A stretch of 64,000 bases of DNA from an uncultured delta proteobacterium (GTDB lineage: Bacteria; Myxococcota_A; Polyangia; Polyangiales; Polyangiaceae): NCBI GenBank assembly GCA_963716725.1, contig CAVQUB010000010.1, positions 96,001-160,000 on the forward strand. The letters are read 5' to 3'. Positions 62,098-64,000 of this stretch are shown one piece after another. The notes beneath the pieces were generated by a model, which did no database searches, was not told the DNA's origin, and worked only from the letters and a program-made list of their open reading frames with translations. Every line of letters begins with the position of its first letter. Positions within the stretch are counted from its first letter, which is position 1. A program made the position numbers and the translations under genes.

Positions 62098-63000
62098 ATG
62101 TCGAACATGGCCGAGGCAGTGGATGCAGTGACCCGAACCCGAGATGCGACGCGCGTTGCCGGTGCGCTGTTTCAGCTCGCGAAGCCTGGCGTCACTCGCA
62201 TGGTGCTGGTCACCACGGGCATCGGCGCAATCCTGGTGCCGGGCCGGATCGTGCTCCCGAGGTTGGCCCTGACCGTGACCGCGACCGCCGCGGTGGTCGC
62301 GGCGGCCAACGCTCTCAACATGTACCTCGAGCGTGACGTGGACGCCCGCATGGCGCGCACCCGGACCCGGCCGCTTCCGTCGGGACGTCTCTCACCGGAG
62401 GTGGCCCTCTGGTTCGGGGTCGTCCTGGCATTCACTGGGATTTCGGCCCTCACTTTCCTGATCAACCCCCTCTCCGGCCTGCTGTCCGCGCTGGCCATTT
62501 CTCTCTACGTCCTGGTCTACACGCCGCTCAAGCGCGTGACGCCCTACGCGCTCCACGTGGGCGCTATCCCCGGCGCCATCCCGCCCTTGATTGGTTGGGC
62601 CAGCGTGACCGGCGAGCTCTCGCTGCCGGCGCTGAGCGTGTTCGCCATCCTGCTCGTCTGGCAGATCCCACACTTCCTTGCGATCGCGATCTTTCGCGCG
62701 TCCGAGTACGAGGCAGCGGGTCTGGCCGTGTATCCGTCGGTGCGGGGCGTGCCGGCCGCGAAGCGAGCAGTGATCGCGTACTCATTTTTGTTGCTGGTGG
62801 TGAGCGGACTGCCCGTCGTCGCCGGAATCGGCGCGACTTGGTACCTTGGCGTCGCGGCTGTGCTCGGCGTGACGCAGATCGTGATCGCGCTCCGGGGCCT
62901 GGTTGCCCCGGACCTGAGTCAGTGGGCTCGCTCGTTGTTCTACGCGACGCTTCCCTACCTGCTCGTGGTCTACGGCGCCTTGGCGCTGACCGCGTCATGA
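62098..63000 (+). CDS. ctaB: Protoheme IX farnesyltransferase (heme O synthase)
   Basis: NMYLERDVDARMARTRTRPLPSG, YTPLKR, GAIPPLIGW, WQIPHF. Confidence 0.96.
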   Translation: MSNMAEAVDAVTRTRDATRVAGALFQLAKPGVTRMVLVTTGIGAILVPGRIVLPRLALTVTATAAVVAAANALNMYLERDVDARMARTRTRPLPSGRLSPEVALWFGVVLAFTGISALTFLINPLSGLLSALAISLYVLVYTPLKRVTPYALHVGAIPGAIPPLIGWASVTGELSLPALSVFAILLVWQIPHFLAIAIFRASEYEAAGLAVYPSVRGVPAAKRAVIAYSFLLLVVSGLPVVAGIGATWYLGVAAVLGVTQIVIALRGLVAPDLSQWARSLFYATLPYLLVVYGALALTAS

Positions 63001-63092
63001 GCCACGGTCCTCCGATGCGCTGGTGGGCTTGGGCGCTCTTCGCCGCCGCCTGCCTGGCTATCCCGCTGGTTGGCTATTGGCTCGGGCGCTGA
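62997..63092 (+). CDS. Putative 31-aa single-TM peptide
   Basis: ATGA overlap with the ctaB stop; MSHGPPMRWWAWALFAAACLAIPLVGYWLGR. Confidence 0.4.
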   Translation: MSHGPPMRWWAWALFAAACLAIPLVGYWLGR

Positions 63093-64000
63093 GCGGGCAG
63101 CTCTCGCGCAGCCGCCAGGGCAGCGAGCAGCGAGCCGAGCAGCAGCGCCAGTGCCAACACCGGGATGTCCGTGCCGGTTCGGGCGAGCAACGCCATCGCG
63201 ATGGCACTGCGCGCGTAGGGTCGATCGGCGCGGGAGAGCAGCGAGGCCGGAACCGCCAGCAGCAACGTGACTCCCAGGGCGACGTGCAGCAGTTGCGGCA
63301 CGAAGGGGAAGGGATGCCTCGAGAAGCCCTGGATGGCCTTGGTTAGGAGCCCGAGCACGCTGTCAGTCGGAGGCGAAAGGTAGAGGCTCACAGCTGCGAG
63401 CCCGATGCCGAGCGCCACGACGGGCGGCCACACGGCGAGGGCCAGCTTCTTGTGAGCCGCCGCGAGCCACAGAACGGCGATGACGAGAGTGGTCAGATCG
63501 AGAACCCAGGCCACGGTGGCCAAGGTCTGTGCGACGCGAAACAGCCGGGTCAACGCTTCGTGGCTTGCCCATACGGCGAGGGCCCGCGCCGAGACGCTGA
63601 CGAGGGCGGTGAGTCCTGCCAGCCCGACGACGATGCCGGCGGCCCGCGTGTGGTCTCGGAGCGCCGTCGGGACACTGGCGAACAGCGCCATGAATGACGA
63701 GAGCACCGCCAACCCGAGCACCAGGAGCATGGGCAACTCGCGGGTGGCCGACGCCATGACGAGAGTGACGACCCCGGCGGTGGTCGGTGCGACGACGAGT
63801 CGGAAGGCCACGCTCAGGTTGCTCTCGACCAAGATCGCGATCAGCAGCTGAATCGCCAAGAGACAACCCCCGACCACTGCGAGTTGCGCGAGCAGCGCGG
63901 CGGCGTTGTCCGAGCGGGTGATCCACTGCTCGAGACCGGAGCGCCAGCCGAGCAGCGCGGGCACCACGATGCGACCGGACACGAGCGCGAAGAAGAACAA
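63074..64000 (-). CDS. Polytopic membrane protein, 5' end outside the window
   Basis: Open frame with about 9 hydrophobic segments; no recognisable motif. Confidence 0.7.
   Translation of the reverse strand: MFFFALVSGRIVVPALLGWRSGLEQWITRSDNAAALLAQLAVVGGCLLAIQLLIAILVESNLSVAFRLVVAPTTAGVVTLVMASATRELPMLLVLGLAVLSSFMALFASVPTALRDHTRAAGIVVGLAGLTALVSVSARALAVWASHEALTRLFRVAQTLATVAWVLDLTTLVIAVLWLAAAHKKLALAVWPPVVALGIGLAAVSLYLSPPTDSVLGLLTKAIQGFSRHPFPFVPQLLHVALGVTLLLAVPASLLSRADRPYARSAIAMALLARTGTDIPVLALALLLGSLLAALAAARELPAQRPSQ

Overview
High-GC chromosomal segment whose gene content (TPR/PEGA proteins, many Cys-rich lipoproteins, four Hanks-type Ser/Thr kinases) points to a myxobacterium, probably Polyangiaceae-like; this taxonomy is an inference. 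In order, the window holds: a 5'-truncated secreted serine-protease/FG-GAP/RCC1 protein; a peptide ABC binding protein; dacB; a MazEF-type toxin-antitoxin pair whose toxin is interrupted; a radical SAM enzyme; a 14-kb minus-strand respiratory locus (Fnr-like regulator, alternative complex III actA-B-C-DE-F-G, di-heme c4 lipoprotein, an aa3-type oxidase with two subunit III genes, and unannotated micro-proteins); a B12-radical SAM enzyme; a sigma-70 factor; an ABC exporter; a D-cysteine desulfhydrase-like enzyme; rpmI-rplT-pheS; carB; a YscO/FliJ-like gene coupled to a lytic transglycosylase; a 19-kb kinase/TPR-PEGA/Cys-rich lipoprotein region; and lptF-like, tatA, aminotransferase and ctaB genes. 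No rRNA, tRNA, CRISPR array or transposase was seen. Three signals stand out. (1) The oxidase subunit I keeps the A1 D-channel and His-Tyr site but has lost the canonical K-channel residues. (2) Every reading-frame break found (actB, sigma factor, pheS, two in mazF) can be repaired at or beside a GATC, which suggests a host DNA modification causing basecalling errors. (3) A kinase / lipoprotein / TPR-PEGA module recurs, with beta-signal-like C-termini. All family calls come from motif recognition by eye; no database searches were run.
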